From contig JAYWEH010000724.1 in the NCBI GenBank assembly GCA_043780025.1, positions 1-53,414 on the forward strand: a DNA stretch of 53,414 nucleotides, given 5' to 3'. The stretch is from Deltaproteobacteria bacterium. GTDB lineage: Bacteria; Myxococcota_A; Polyangia; Polyangiales; Polyangiaceae. This document shows positions 18,689 to 28,519 of this stretch, piece by piece. The first letter of the stretch is position 1, and every line of letters starts with the position of its first letter. The notes under the pieces are model-generated. The model saw only the letters and a list, made by a program, of their open reading frames with translations, did no database searches and was not told the DNA's origin. Made by a program: the position numbers and the translations under genes.

Positions 18689-19747
18689 TCACGGGAATGT
18701 TCCGAGTTCGGGCAAGCCGAGGGCGTCGGGCCATCCGCGCGAAACGTTTAGGGCTTGTATCGCCTGGGCGGAAGCCCCCCGACACAGGTTGTCGATGGCA
18801 CACATGGCGAGCAACGTGCCGGTGCGATCGTCGAGCGCGTACGCGACATGCGCGCGGGCAGAACCCCTCACCCACAGGGTGTCGGGCAGCATTTCACCGC
18901 TGAGCACGGTGACCAGCGTATTTTCGTAGCGGCGCAGCGCGGCCGCGCGGCAGGCCTCAGCGGTCACTCCGGCCTTCGCCCGCGCATATGCGCAAGACAA
19001 GATCCCCCGCGTCATCGGCAACAGGTGCGGCGTGAACGTCACTTGCACCGCGCTGCCGGCCAGCGCCGAGAGCTCTTGTTCAATCTCCGGGATGTGGCGG
19101 TGCGCCCCGGCCACCCCGTAAGGTCGAAACCCCTCGGCGGCCTCCGCGAACGGACGTTTGCCCTTACCCGCTCCGCTGACGCCGCTCTTGGCGTCAATGA
19201 TGATACCGGAGGTCTCGATCAGACGATCCGACAGCAAGGGACCGAGAGGCAGTAGCGCCGACGTCGGGTAGCAGCCCGGTGCCGCGATCAAACGTGCGCC
19301 CGCCAGCTCTTGGCGATGCCACTCGGGCTGGCCGTAGACAGCCGATGGCACGAGCTCCGGCACCGGGTGGCGGCCGTACCAGCGTGCGTATTGCTCCAGG
19401 TTTTTGATCCGATAGTCCGCCGACAGGTCCACCACGATCAGGCCGGCCTCGTACAGCCACGCCACGCGCTCGGCGCTTTCGCCGTGGGGGAGCGCAGAGA
19501 ACACGACGTCCACCTTCGAGCGCAGCGCAGCCACTCCGTCGCGATCGAGCGACTCCACCACCAGGCGCTCCAACGCCGACACGCCGAGCAGGAAGGGCAG
19601 CACCTCGCCGAGACGTTGACCCGCCTGGCTACGCCCACCCACCCACGAAAGCTCGAGCCGCGGATGGCTGTGGATCAAGCGAATCAGCTCGCTACCCGTG
19701 TACCCGCCGGCGCCGAGCACACCAACTCTGAGCCTTTCCATGGCCAT
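18689..19747 (-). CDS. argC: N-acetyl-gamma-glutamyl-phosphate reductase
   Basis: LRVGVLGAGGYTGSELIRLI, the active-site block IAAPGCYPTSALL, and a length of about 350 aa. The start is placed at MAMERLRV. Confidence 0.9.
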   Translation of the reverse strand: MAMERLRVGVLGAGGYTGSELIRLIHSHPRLELSWVGGRSQAGQRLGEVLPFLLGVSALERLVVESLDRDGVAALRSKVDVVFSALPHGESAERVAWLYEAGLIVVDLSADYRIKNLEQYARWYGRHPVPELVPSAVYGQPEWHRQELAGARLIAAPGCYPTSALLPLGPLLSDRLIETSGIIIDAKSGVSGAGKGKRPFAEAAEGFRPYGVAGAHRHIPEIEQELSALAGSAVQVTFTPHLLPMTRGILSCAYARAKAGVTAEACRAAALRRYENTLVTVLSGEMLPDTLWVRGSARAHVAYALDDRTGTLLAMCAIDNLCRGASAQAIQALNVSRGWPDALGLPELGTFP

Positions 19748-19829
19748 AATCCTTTCTTCGGCCCCAAATGCAATCAGGCTGCCCACCCTGGAGGATGAGC
19801 AGCCCGTATTCTGCGCCGTCGATTGTCGC

Positions 19830-20225
19830 CTAGCGCTTCGAGTACTGGAAACGCTTGCGAGCGCCGGGCTGCCCGTACTTCTTGCGTTCCTTCTGTCGGG
19901 AATCTCGGGTCAAGAAGCCGGCCTTCTTGAGCGACCGGCGCCGTTCCGGATCTTCCGCGAGCAGAGCTCGCGCGATACCGTGACGCATGGCCTCGGCCTG
20001 GGCGCTGTGCCCGCCGCCGCTGACCGTCGCGCGCGCGCTGTACTTGTCGTTCAGCTCCAAGGCTTCGAGCGACTGGCGCACGACCATGCGCGAGGTGGCG
20101 CGCTCAAAGTATTCGTCGACCGGCTTGCCATTGACGGTGATCGTTCCGTCGCCGGCGCTGAGCCACACGCGGGCGATAGCGGTCTTACGTTTTCCAGTCG
20201 CGTATTGTGCGGTAACTTCAGGCAT
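19830..20225 (-). CDS. rpsI: 30S ribosomal protein S9
   Basis: [14 protein letters not shown]...[19 protein letters not shown]...[18 protein letters not shown]. Confidence 0.95.
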   Translation of the reverse strand: MPEVTAQYATGKRKTAIARVWLSAGDGTITVNGKPVDEYFERATSRMVVRQSLEALELNDKYSARATVSGGGHSAQAEAMRHGIARALLAEDPERRRSLKKAGFLTRDSRQKERKKYGQPGARKRFQYSKR

Positions 20226-20257
20226 GTCTATCTAACCGTCAACTCTGTCAAACCAAA

Positions 20258-20692
20258 CTAAACCGTGAAGGCCTTGGGCTGCTGCGCCGTGTGCGGATGC
20301 TGATCGGCAGCATACACCTTCAGCTTCTTGAGCAACTGGCGGCCAAGAATGTTCTTGGGCAACATGCCCTTGACCGCCAACGTCAGCGGCGCGTCGACCT
20401 TGTGCTCGAGCAGCTCGGCATAGGTGCGCGTGGTGAGGCCACCGGGATAGTTGCTGTGGCGGTAATACAGCTTCTTGTCGGCCTTGCCACCCGTCACCTT
20501 GATCTTCTGGGCGTTCAACACGATGACGAAGTCACCCGTGTCGACGTGGGGCGTGAACGTCGGCTTGTGTTTGCCTCGCAACAAGCCCGCGACCTTGCTC
20601 GCGACTCGGCCCAAAGGCTGATCCTGGGCGTCGACCACCCACCACTTGCGCTCGGTCAGAGCGTCTTTCGGCTTGGCAACAAACGTACGCAT
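20258..20692 (-). CDS. rplM: 50S ribosomal protein L13
   Basis: [47 protein letters not shown]. The start is at [10 protein letters not shown], and the gene sits upstream of rpsI as usual. Confidence 0.95.
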   Translation of the reverse strand: MRTFVAKPKDALTERKWWVVDAQDQPLGRVASKVAGLLRGKHKPTFTPHVDTGDFVIVLNAQKIKVTGGKADKKLYYRHSNYPGGLTTRTYAELLEHKVDAPLTLAVKGMLPKNILGRQLLKKLKVYAADQHPHTAQQPKAFTV

Positions 20693-21094
20693 GGCTTCCC
20701 TGACGATTCGGTGAGCGGGAGCTTCTAGCGGCATCGCTCCGCTCCGTCAAGCGAGCCGCAGCCCTCCGTCCAAGGTCTCGTGGCAGGTTTTGAGCCCGCG
20801 GTGAGGTTCGCCGCAGAGGTCCACCAGATCAGCCAATTGGCCGGCAAAGGCCGCACCTCAATCCCAACTCCAGGGAGGTGGTTGGCGCTCCTTTGGTGAC
20901 CCAGGGGGCGGATGTCTCCCAGAAATGGTCAAAGAGACACGCGCGGAGGGTCAACCTGCTCGAGTCATTGCATATTTCTAGGATGCCTCGAAGGCGCGCC
21001 TCGCCGATGCCGTTCTAGACCGTTAAACCTCGTAACCCCCGCGCGTTTGCGCCGTCCTCGCCGGGGCCGGATTTCTGCCCGCCCTCAAAGACTC

Positions 21095-23026
21095 ATGCAT
21101 CCCACGGGAAACCCAAAGCTGGCTGAGTGGCTCGTCACCGAAGGACTGATGAGCCCCGAGCAACGAGAAAAGGTTCTCAGCCAACAGCAGCTCCTGGGTG
21201 GACGCATCGAGGAGGCCATCATCGATCTGGGTGTGCTCGGCGAGCTCGACTTGCTCAAGTTCCTCGCCAACACCTATCGAACGCGCTTCGTCTCTTCGGA
21301 GAAGCTCGCCAAAGCGCAGATCGAGCGCTCTACTCTCGAGAAGGTGCCAAAAAAGCTCGCCGAACAGCTCACGGCGTTTCCCGTGACGTACGACAGCGCG
21401 AGCTCGACGCTCAGCGTGGTGGTCGCTGATCCCGACGACACCAGCATGTTACGCGAGATCCAGCTGGCGACGCGGGTCAAACACGTGAAGGCCTTCGTGG
21501 GCCGCCCGCTGGGCGTCAAAGCGGCCATCGCCAAAAACTACGGCGGCGACATCCACGCCTTCGCGCGGCTCGATCGCAACGCGCACGAGCAGTTCAACAG
21601 CATGATGGACGTGTTCGAGCGCAACCTGGTCAGCGAGGAATCGATGGCCGTGGCGTTGGCCGAAGAAGGGCCGATCGAACGCACGCTCACCGCCGCGCAG
21701 ATGGCGAGCGGCAGGCCAGCAGACTCGAAGCTGGGCGACGCGGCTTATCGCGAGACCCTCAACGTATTGATCAGCCTGCTCGAGAGCGCCCGTTCGGATT
21801 TGCGCGGACACTCTGCCCACGTGGCGCGCCTGGTGGGAAAAATCGCCGAACGCATCGGAGTCGCTCCGGCGCAATCCGCCGCGTATTGCATCGCAGCGTA
21901 CTTGCACGACCTGGGCAAGATGGGCGACCAGCACCTGACAGCGCTGAGCGTTGGCGTCAGCACCACCCAGCGCGGTCGCGCCGAGCAGTCCTACACGGCG
22001 CCGTGCCGCATGATGGAGGCGGTCGAGCTCCCGCACGACACCGTAGAAGCGCTGGAGAACATGTACGAACGCTTCGGTGGGGACGGCTTACCAGGGCGTC
22101 GCAGCGGCAAAGACATCCCGCTCGGCGCGCGCGTGCTAGCCATCGCCGATACGTACGCGGACCTCACCCGCAACCCCAAGAACCCCTTCTCGAGGACGCT
22201 CGATCCGGAAGCAGCCTGTGACGTCCTCAAACGTTACGCGCCGAGCCTGTTCGACCCGAACCTGGTCACGCTGTTCCGGCACACCGTCACCGGTGACGAC
22301 TTGAAAGCGCGCCTGCTCGCCAACCGGCACACGGCCCTGATCGTGGAAACCGACCCGGAGGAGACCACGGTGCTCGAGCTGCGTTTGATCGAGCAGGGCT
22401 TCGAGGTGCGCGTCGCGCGCAACGTCGAGGCAGCGTTGAAGGAGCTCGCCAGCGGCGAGGTCGAAGTGGTGGTGAGCGAGCTCGACCTGGGACCACGAGA
22501 CGGCTTCGGCTTGCTCTCGGAAGCGCGGCAGCAGCCCTGGGGCAAAGAACTGCCCTGGGTGATCCTGACCAAGCGCACCGGCCGCCAAGACGCCGATCGC
22601 GCCTTCGAACTGGGCGCGGATGATTACCTGGCCAAACCGGCCAGCCTCGGCCTGCTCGTTACCAAACTCAAACAAATCATGGATCGGCGGGGGCGCGGTA
22701 GGGGCGGCCGCGGCGTTTCGGGGTCTCTTCAGGAGATGGGCCTACCCGACATCGTCCAGGTTTTGATGCACGGCCGAAAATCGGGGGCGCTCAAGATTCA
22801 GGCGTCCGAGGGCAGCGGCGAGATCCACTTTGTCGAAGGCCAAATCTATAATGCCCTGTTCGGCAAGAAACGCGGCGCCGAAGCCTTCTACGCCATGGTA
22901 GCGCTGCAGGCGGGACAATTTGCCGTCGATCCGAGTTTTGTGGCGTCCCAACGCGTCATGGAAGATTCTCCCGAAGGTCTGTTGCTCGAGGGCATGCGCC
23001 GCCTCGACGAAGGTGTGTCGGCGTAG
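21095..23026 (+). CDS. multidomain signalling protein: MshEN/T2SSE_N-like, degenerate HD-GYP, receiver (REC) and DUF4388 domains
   Basis: The N-terminus has KLAEWLVTEGLMSPEQREKVLSQQ, a 5-aa spacer, then RIEEAIIDLGVLGELDLLKFLANT. The HD domain has HSAHVARL...YLHDLGK. The GYP region reads YERFGGDGLPG. REC has VVVSELDL...DDYLAKP. The C-terminus has LQEMGLPDIVQVLMHGRKSGALKIQ...GEIHFVEGQIYNA. The start is at MHPTGNP (21095). Confidence 0.8.
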   Translation: MHPTGNPKLAEWLVTEGLMSPEQREKVLSQQQLLGGRIEEAIIDLGVLGELDLLKFLANTYRTRFVSSEKLAKAQIERSTLEKVPKKLAEQLTAFPVTYDSASSTLSVVVADPDDTSMLREIQLATRVKHVKAFVGRPLGVKAAIAKNYGGDIHAFARLDRNAHEQFNSMMDVFERNLVSEESMAVALAEEGPIERTLTAAQMASGRPADSKLGDAAYRETLNVLISLLESARSDLRGHSAHVARLVGKIAERIGVAPAQSAAYCIAAYLHDLGKMGDQHLTALSVGVSTTQRGRAEQSYTAPCRMMEAVELPHDTVEALENMYERFGGDGLPGRRSGKDIPLGARVLAIADTYADLTRNPKNPFSRTLDPEAACDVLKRYAPSLFDPNLVTLFRHTVTGDDLKARLLANRHTALIVETDPEETTVLELRLIEQGFEVRVARNVEAALKELASGEVEVVVSELDLGPRDGFGLLSEARQQPWGKELPWVILTKRTGRQDADRAFELGADDYLAKPASLGLLVTKLKQIMDRRGRGRGGRGVSGSLQEMGLPDIVQVLMHGRKSGALKIQASEGSGEIHFVEGQIYNALFGKKRGAEAFYAMVALQAGQFAVDPSFVASQRVMEDSPEGLLLEGMRRLDEGVSA

Positions 23027-23050
23027 CCCGCCCGGGTCACGCCGCACCTG

Positions 23051-23707
23051 GTGACGCTGATCGCGACTATGGACAGCACCCCTCCCCCGCTCGTTGGTTT
23101 CAACAACAACGTCCGCTATCGCGGGATGCGCTTCCACATCCAGACGGAAGATTCGGGTGTCACGCGTCCACACATCATCACCCACCTGTTCGCGGATGGC
23201 GGGCACGTAATCAAGAGCGTGCGGACCGACTATTCCGAATACGTCAATCGCCCTGATCGCCCCGCGGTCATCTCCAAGCTCATGCGCGATCAACACCGCG
23301 CCATGGCCCTGGATCTGCGCGACGGCCACCTCGACGAAAAGATCGGCCTCTGCCCGAGCCCCGACTCCGAAGCGCCGCCGACGGAGGCCGACGCTGCGCC
23401 CCCGTCACAGATCGCGGAGGAGTCCGCGCCCTCGACCCACTCTCGCGGCGCTGCGAGCGCCGGCCGTGAACCGGACCAAGCCGCCCCCGCCTCGCGCCCC
23501 GGCGAGAAGCGCGGGCGCACCAGTACGACGCCGAGAAAACGCTCCCAACCCCCCACGCGGAAAGCCGGTCGGCCCTCCGCCGCGCTGCCCAACAAGCCTA
23601 GCGGGGAATCGATTTTCGGCACCACCCAGCAGGAATCGCTGGATGACGTGATCCTCAGTTACGTCACCACCACCAAAAGCGGCCCCACCACGCGGCGTTC
23701 CAAGTAG
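23051..23707 (+). CDS. hypothetical protein (structured N-terminal about 95 aa plus a disordered P/S/R/A tail)
   Basis: Starts 24 nt downstream of the previous gene. VGFNNNVRYRGMRFHIQTEDSGVTRPHIITHLFADGGHVI looks globular. The ATG at 23069 is an alternative start. Confidence 0.55.
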   Translation: MTLIATMDSTPPPLVGFNNNVRYRGMRFHIQTEDSGVTRPHIITHLFADGGHVIKSVRTDYSEYVNRPDRPAVISKLMRDQHRAMALDLRDGHLDEKIGLCPSPDSEAPPTEADAAPPSQIAEESAPSTHSRGAASAGREPDQAAPASRPGEKRGRTSTTPRKRSQPPTRKAGRPSAALPNKPSGESIFGTTQQESLDDVILSYVTTTKSGPTTRRSK

Positions 23708-23771
23708 CACGCGGCGCTTTCCTCGGCGCGCACCTTGGTGTAAGTACCCGAAAGTCGTAAAGCCGACGAAC

Positions 23772-23843
23772 GGCGAGGTAGCCAAGTGGTTAGGCAGCGG
23801 TTTGCAAAACCGTTATACGCCGGTTCGAATCCGGTCCTCGCCT
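23772..23843 (+). tRNA. tRNA-Cys (GCA)
   Basis: Cloverleaf read by hand. The acceptor stem GGCGAGG pairs with CCTCGCC. The anticodon loop is TTGCAAA (anticodon GCA). The T-arm is GCCGG-TTCGAAT-CCGGT. The discriminator is T. Confidence 0.85.
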
Positions 23844-24032
23844 CAAGACAAATCAGCCGCTCCGAGCGCAGCATGGGGCGGCGCGGAGGCGCGCTGGCGC
23901 GTGCCGATCGCGCGTGTTACCTGCCGACGGATGATTGTTGCATCGCCACGCTCCGGGCCAACGCTGCGCTTTCCACAGCATGAGCGCTTCACGTGCGCGT
24001 GCTCGCAGGTGTCGGCGAGGAAGCGGGTGAGC

Positions 24033-25583
24033 ATGTGGCGCGTGACGACAGGATCGGGATTGGAGTCAATGGGCAGCGTGGTCGTAAGGCGCGTGGCGTT
24101 CGGGTTCTGGGCGCTCGGCACCTCCCTTCTGCTCGGCGCGTGCGACACGACGAACAATACCTACGTCGAGATCAACAAGGCCCCCAGCGCTGATGCGGGC
24201 CGTACGCCCGAGCCGCTTGAGGGCGGCGTTTACCCATCGCTAGGCGCTCCCACTCCAGACATCGCTCCGAACACGCTCGAGCTCGACGTCTTTGGAGCGG
24301 TCGGTAATCACTACTGGCTCGCTGTCTCGGAGAAACAACTGAACGGCATGAATAGAGCCTTCGGCGGCGGCGACTTGCTCGATCGCTATACGCCGGCGTC
24401 GGGAAACGGTACCGCCCACTTTGCCGACCGCTTGGTGGTGCAGGCGGCGGGGCCCTCCCCCAACACGGCAGACTTCGGCAAGGTACAACTGAAGCTCGTC
24501 GGGCAGTCCACCGGGCGCGCTTTGACCGAGACCACTCTACCCAACTTCAAGCTCGACGCCGACGAGTTCGTGGAAGGTAACCGCATCGGTGGCGTCGAGC
24601 ACCTGCGCCTCAACAACGCCATCCTTGGCAGCATCTATCGCGAGCGGCTGGTCTTGGAGATTTACCGTGCCGTGGGCTACCCCGCGCCACGCAGCACCTA
24701 TGCGTGGGTGTCGACGTCCGTGTGGGGTCCGGACGTGAACGTGCCTTACATCGCCGTGGAGCCCTACAAACGTCAGTTCTGTAGAGACCGCGAGGCGGAG
24801 CTCGGCGGCGGCTGCGTCAACATGTGGGAGTTCGCCGGTGACTTTGGTCTAGGCGTACTCGGTCTCGCCGATAGCTGCCAATTCGAGGCATGTGACAACA
24901 CTCGGGTGACGGAGCTCGAAGAGCTCGTGCTAGCCACTCCGGCGGGCGAGGGGTTCAAGGCCGCGCTCGCCGCATACATCGATTGGGATGCGTTCCATCG
25001 ATTCCAGTGTCTGTCGTGGATCCTGCGAACCGGAGACGACTACGTTTACACCGGGAACAATGTGCTGCTCGTCGAACGAGCCGACGGCAAGTTCCAGTTC
25101 ATGCCGTATTCAATTGATTTGAGCCTGAGTGATGATTGGAGCGTGGGCATTGCTGGTTCCAGCACCATTCCCACGGGGTGCCAGGGCGACCCGGCGTGCT
25201 GGGCCGACACCGTGGCGACGTGCGAGTCCATGATTGACGCGTTTACATCGGCGCAGCCCGTGGCCTTGCTCGACGCCATTCATGCCGAGCTCGAGCAGGC
25301 GGACATGCTGCGCTCCGGCGACGAGCAAATCTACCAAGCCTTGCGCGGAGTCCTCGAGCAGCGCATCGAGGAGCTCCCGGCGGAGTTGGAGCTGAACCGC
25401 GAGCTGCCGGCGTTGGAATGCCAGCTCCCACGCGTCCTTTGCGGGAACGAGTGCCTCTTCGCGGAGGAATGCCCCATCTGCCCACCGACCGCTCCGGCAC
25501 TCGACGCACCGGACGGCGGTGTGCCGGCAGACGTCCCGCCTCCCGATGGCGGCGCGGCGTGCATGCCGGCAGAAGTGCTCTAA
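24033..25583 (+). CDS. CotH-like family lipoprotein
   Basis: The internal start gives a signal peptide plus lipobox (FGFWALGTSLLLGAC). HLRLNNAILGSIYRERLVLEIYRAVGYPAPRSTYAWV resembles the CotH core. The first 77 codons of the ORF-track call overlap the tRNA and are rejected. Confidence 0.5.
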   Translation: MWRVTTGSGLESMGSVVVRRVAFGFWALGTSLLLGACDTTNNTYVEINKAPSADAGRTPEPLEGGVYPSLGAPTPDIAPNTLELDVFGAVGNHYWLAVSEKQLNGMNRAFGGGDLLDRYTPASGNGTAHFADRLVVQAAGPSPNTADFGKVQLKLVGQSTGRALTETTLPNFKLDADEFVEGNRIGGVEHLRLNNAILGSIYRERLVLEIYRAVGYPAPRSTYAWVSTSVWGPDVNVPYIAVEPYKRQFCRDREAELGGGCVNMWEFAGDFGLGVLGLADSCQFEACDNTRVTELEELVLATPAGEGFKAALAAYIDWDAFHRFQCLSWILRTGDDYVYTGNNVLLVERADGKFQFMPYSIDLSLSDDWSVGIAGSSTIPTGCQGDPACWADTVATCESMIDAFTSAQPVALLDAIHAELEQADMLRSGDEQIYQALRGVLEQRIEELPAELELNRELPALECQLPRVLCGNECLFAEECPICPPTAPALDAPDGGVPADVPPPDGGAACMPAEVL

Positions 25584-25772
25584 AACCGGCCAGGTGCGTC
25601 ACGCCGATGCGCCTGATCCCCACGGCGGACGCGTGTCGGACCGTGGCGTGCGGTTGCGACGGGCAGCTGGCGGACAGTGCTCGTCGCCCCATAAACACGT
25701 CCAGCGGAGTGCCCGCCGCACGAGTTTCGTAGCCGCGCAGGCAGAGCCCGGCAGCTGACTGCCGCCGAGGCC

Positions 25773-25804
25773 CGCCGGAAGGCGCGAACGAGCACCTTCC
25801 GGCG
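25773..25804. terminator. 10-bp perfect hairpin CGCCGGAAGG-N12-CCTTCCGGCG, 16 nt downstream of the recA stop
   Basis: Read directly. It lies between the convergent CotH-like and recA genes. A second small hairpin, GGCAG-CTGA-CTGCC, is at 25750-25763. Confidence 0.4.
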
Positions 25805-25819
25805 AAGCCCGACGCGCGC

Positions 25820-26881
25820 TCACGCCGCTTTTTCGTCCACCGCCTCGGCGGACTCGCTCTTGGAGGACGGGAGCCGCACGTCACCCGACCAGAGCGCGGT
25901 CAACGTCTCATCGAGGACGGCGCGGCGGAGCTCGGCGGTTTCGAGCAGCGCTGCGCGTGCCTTCTCCCGGCCGTGCCCGATGCTCTTGCCGTCGTAGACG
26001 TAGTGCGAAGCGTTGCGCACGAGGACCCGAGCGGCAACCGCTGTGTCGAGCAGGTCCGAAGCGATGTCGATCCCTCCGCCCCAGCGAATGTCGAATTCTG
26101 CCTCTTCGAAGGGCTGAGCGCACTTGTTCTTGATCACTTTGACGCGCGTGCGATTGCCGATCACCCGGTCGTCCACGCTGACCTTGCCGATGCGGCGCAC
26201 GTCGAGCCGCTGGCTCGAGTAGTACTTGAGCGCGTTGCCGCCCGGCGTGGTCTCCGGGCTGCCGAACATCACGCCGATCTTGTGGCGCAGTTGATTGACG
26301 AAGATCAGCGTGGTGTTGCTCTTGGAGGAGATTGAAGCGAGCTTGCGCATGGCCCGGCTCATCAAGCGAGCCTGCAGGCCCAGCTGGTTGTCACCCATGC
26401 TGCCGTCGATTTCGGCCTGAGGCACCAGTGCCGCCACCGAGTCGATCACGATCAAAGCCAGTTCCTTCGATTTGGCCAGACTCTCCACGATGTCGAGCGC
26501 TTGCTCTCCGCTGTCCGGCTGCGCCAACAAGAGCTGAGCCGTGACTACTCCAGTGGAGCGAGCATACGCCGGGTCAAAGGCGTGCTCCGCATCGATGAAC
26601 GCGCACAGGCCGCCCGCGCGCTGCGCTTCGGCAATGGCGTGCAAGGTCAATGTGGTCTTGCCGCTCGACTCCGGCCCGAAGATTTCAATGATGCGCCCCC
26701 GCGCGTATCCACCAACGCCGAGCGCTCGATCCAGCGCGAGGCAACCGGACGAGATCGAGTCGATGGCTCCAGTCGATTCGCCATCGAGCACGCGAATGCT
26801 CTCACTTCCAAACTCTTTCTGCACGGTGCTCGCCAGCTGGCAGAGCGTGTCTTGGGGTCCTCGTTTTTCTTCTTTGGCCAT
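25820..26881 (-). CDS. recA: recombinase RecA
   Basis: [56 protein letters not shown] and [37 protein letters not shown]. The start is at MAKEEKRG (26881). The 109-codon upstream extension in the ORF track looks non-coding. Confidence 0.95.
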   Translation of the reverse strand: MAKEEKRGPQDTLCQLASTVQKEFGSESIRVLDGESTGAIDSISSGCLALDRALGVGGYARGRIIEIFGPESSGKTTLTLHAIAEAQRAGGLCAFIDAEHAFDPAYARSTGVVTAQLLLAQPDSGEQALDIVESLAKSKELALIVIDSVAALVPQAEIDGSMGDNQLGLQARLMSRAMRKLASISSKSNTTLIFVNQLRHKIGVMFGSPETTPGGNALKYYSSQRLDVRRIGKVSVDDRVIGNRTRVKVIKNKCAQPFEEAEFDIRWGGGIDIASDLLDTAVAARVLVRNASHYVYDGKSIGHGREKARAALLETAELRRAVLDETLTALWSGDVRLPSSKSESAEAVDEKAA

Positions 26882-27082
26882 GGGTGGTCTCCGGGGCGGC
26901 AATTGACGCAGCAATTGAGTCACGTCGAGCCCTGCGAGCCCAACATGGGCCCGCTCTTCTGCGCTCGACGATGCCCGAGAGGTGCACCGGGCGTGCCCGG
27001 CTGCGGGAGCCCCGCGCGGCGGCCAAAGCAAATCTCGAGCTGGCTCAGCCCTGGCTCGGACCTGGCGAAGGCCAGCCACCGC

Positions 27083-27099
27083 TAGTACGCCGGTTCCAA
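27083..27099. promoter_or_regulatory. candidate LexA (SOS) box TAGTACGCCGGTTCCAA, about 200 nt upstream of the recA start
   Basis: Identical to the uvrB-proximal 17-mer. It lies in the 233-bp gap between the upstream gene stop (27115) and the recA start (26881). Confidence 0.45.
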
Positions 27100-27114
27100 C
27101 CGACTCCCTCCAAC

Positions 27115-28242
27115 TCAGACGAAGAGCATGCGCCAGCGCGACAGTGCGTAGCCGAGCACGATGAACACACCGATCACCACTGCCCAGCGCCGCGCGCCCG
27201 TCAGCCATGGAGCCTTGGACACGGACATCGCCGCCGACTCCGGCACTGGCTCTCGACGGGGCATCACTTCACTAGCGCTCGGGATGGAACCCGGATCGAG
27301 GTCGCTCGCTGGGCTGACCTCGACGATGGGGGCAGACCCAACGGGCCGACCCGTGCGGGAACCCGCGCGGCCCTCGGGCACGAACGAGCGATTCACGGGC
27401 GGAGCCGAATCGTCATCCGAGAGAGGCGCCACGCTGTCGATTGCCGGAGCGGCCGACACGGAAGGCTTGGGCGGGCTCGGCACCATCGGTGTGACCCTGA
27501 CCGGACTGGGTGCCACCGGTGTGACCGGGGAAGCCATGCGCTCCGACTGAGCCTGCTTTGTCGCCTCGTCCCGGCGGCGCATCTTGGGCGGCCGCTCCGT
27601 CACCATGGACGTCGGATCGGGCACAGGGGGCGCCGCGCTTTCGATGCGAGCTTGCTGGCGTTCCACGCGCTTGCGCTTGGCCAGCTCGATGAGCTCCTGG
27701 GGCGCCGTGTAGGCGCGCGTATGGTCGTCGCCCGCGCCCGAGAGCTCGAGCAGATTCTTGGGCACCTCGCCGACAATCGTGTCCTCCGGCCCGTCGAGGT
27801 CATCGATACCGACGGGCGGGCTCGAATCGGTTTCGTTCTGCGGCAAGCGCAGCGGCGGGACGTTGTTCCACGGCGTCAACGGCGCCGCGGGCGCGCGGTC
27901 CGACCCGAATGCACCATCGCGATCGAAATCGTGAGGGTCCGCTGACGGCACGGGCGTCGTGACGCGGGCAGCTGTCAGCTGAAACGGCGCGCTCGGACGC
28001 TCCCCTTCGTCCTCTGACGAGCGCGCCGGCGCGGCGTCAAAGGAATCACCATCCACACTTTCCGGATCGCGCGGCGCGGGCATCGGGATGGGGATGCGCG
28101 AGCTAGAGCTGCGCTTTGCGGGGCGAGGTGGGCGTGGCGGACCCGAAGCGGATGCCCCGAGCAGCAAGGGCGAGCTGTTCGAGGATTCCTCCGGCGGACT
28201 ATCGGTGTCGTTTCGTGTTGGATCGGCTGCCATCGTCCTCAT
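27115..28242 (-). CDS. hypothetical Pro/Ser/Ala-rich protein with C-terminal TM anchor
   Basis: 375-aa low-complexity ORF. The C-terminal segment [20 protein letters not shown] is hydrophobic. The coding call rests on length and frame only. Confidence 0.45.
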   Translation of the reverse strand: MRTMAADPTRNDTDSPPEESSNSSPLLLGASASGPPRPPRPAKRSSSSRIPIPMPAPRDPESVDGDSFDAAPARSSEDEGERPSAPFQLTAARVTTPVPSADPHDFDRDGAFGSDRAPAAPLTPWNNVPPLRLPQNETDSSPPVGIDDLDGPEDTIVGEVPKNLLELSGAGDDHTRAYTAPQELIELAKRKRVERQQARIESAAPPVPDPTSMVTERPPKMRRRDEATKQAQSERMASPVTPVAPSPVRVTPMVPSPPKPSVSAAPAIDSVAPLSDDDSAPPVNRSFVPEGRAGSRTGRPVGSAPIVEVSPASDLDPGSIPSASEVMPRREPVPESAAMSVSKAPWLTGARRWAVVIGVFIVLGYALSRWRMLFV

Positions 28243-28519
28243 CTCGCGTGAATTGATCTCGCCCTCGCGAAACCCAACATGATCAACGGCACATGCAGAG
28301 AAGTGGCCTCGGAGTTAACCATGGGCTCGTGCGGAAAAATTTGCCAAGCAAGAAGCTACTGGCGGAGCTAACTTCAGTAGGCCCATGTAGCGGACTCACC
28401 GAAGCCGCAGCTACCCTCCCACGCGGTAAGGCAGGCGCCAACCAGGAAAGGCCATGTGACGAGAAGTACGACCCAATGCCCAAAAATGAAACCCGGCGCT
28501 GCTCGGAGCTCTCGGTTCC

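Noticed and set aside
26882-27208. The 109-codon N-terminal extension of recA in the ORF track. Similar 5' extensions occur for recB (35663-36103), the CotH-like gene (23802-24032), the HD-GYP gene (20912-21094), the lipoprotein (12790-12987) and the GT2 gene (3453-3602).
   Set aside because: The extensions lack protein-like composition and overlap upstream genes or the tRNA. Internal Met codons give canonical N-termini or signal peptides.
28243-28519. Possible RNase P RNA, SRP RNA, tmRNA or c-di-GMP riboswitch in the low-GC intergenic region.
   Set aside because: I could not find the universal signatures, such as GAGGAAAGTCCGGGC for RNase P, the GGAAGCAGCC-type SRP domain IV, or a tRNA-like tmRNA end. 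Only loose similarities such as GCGGTAAG and GAAACCCGGC are present. The region is kept as an unclassified structured-RNA candidate.
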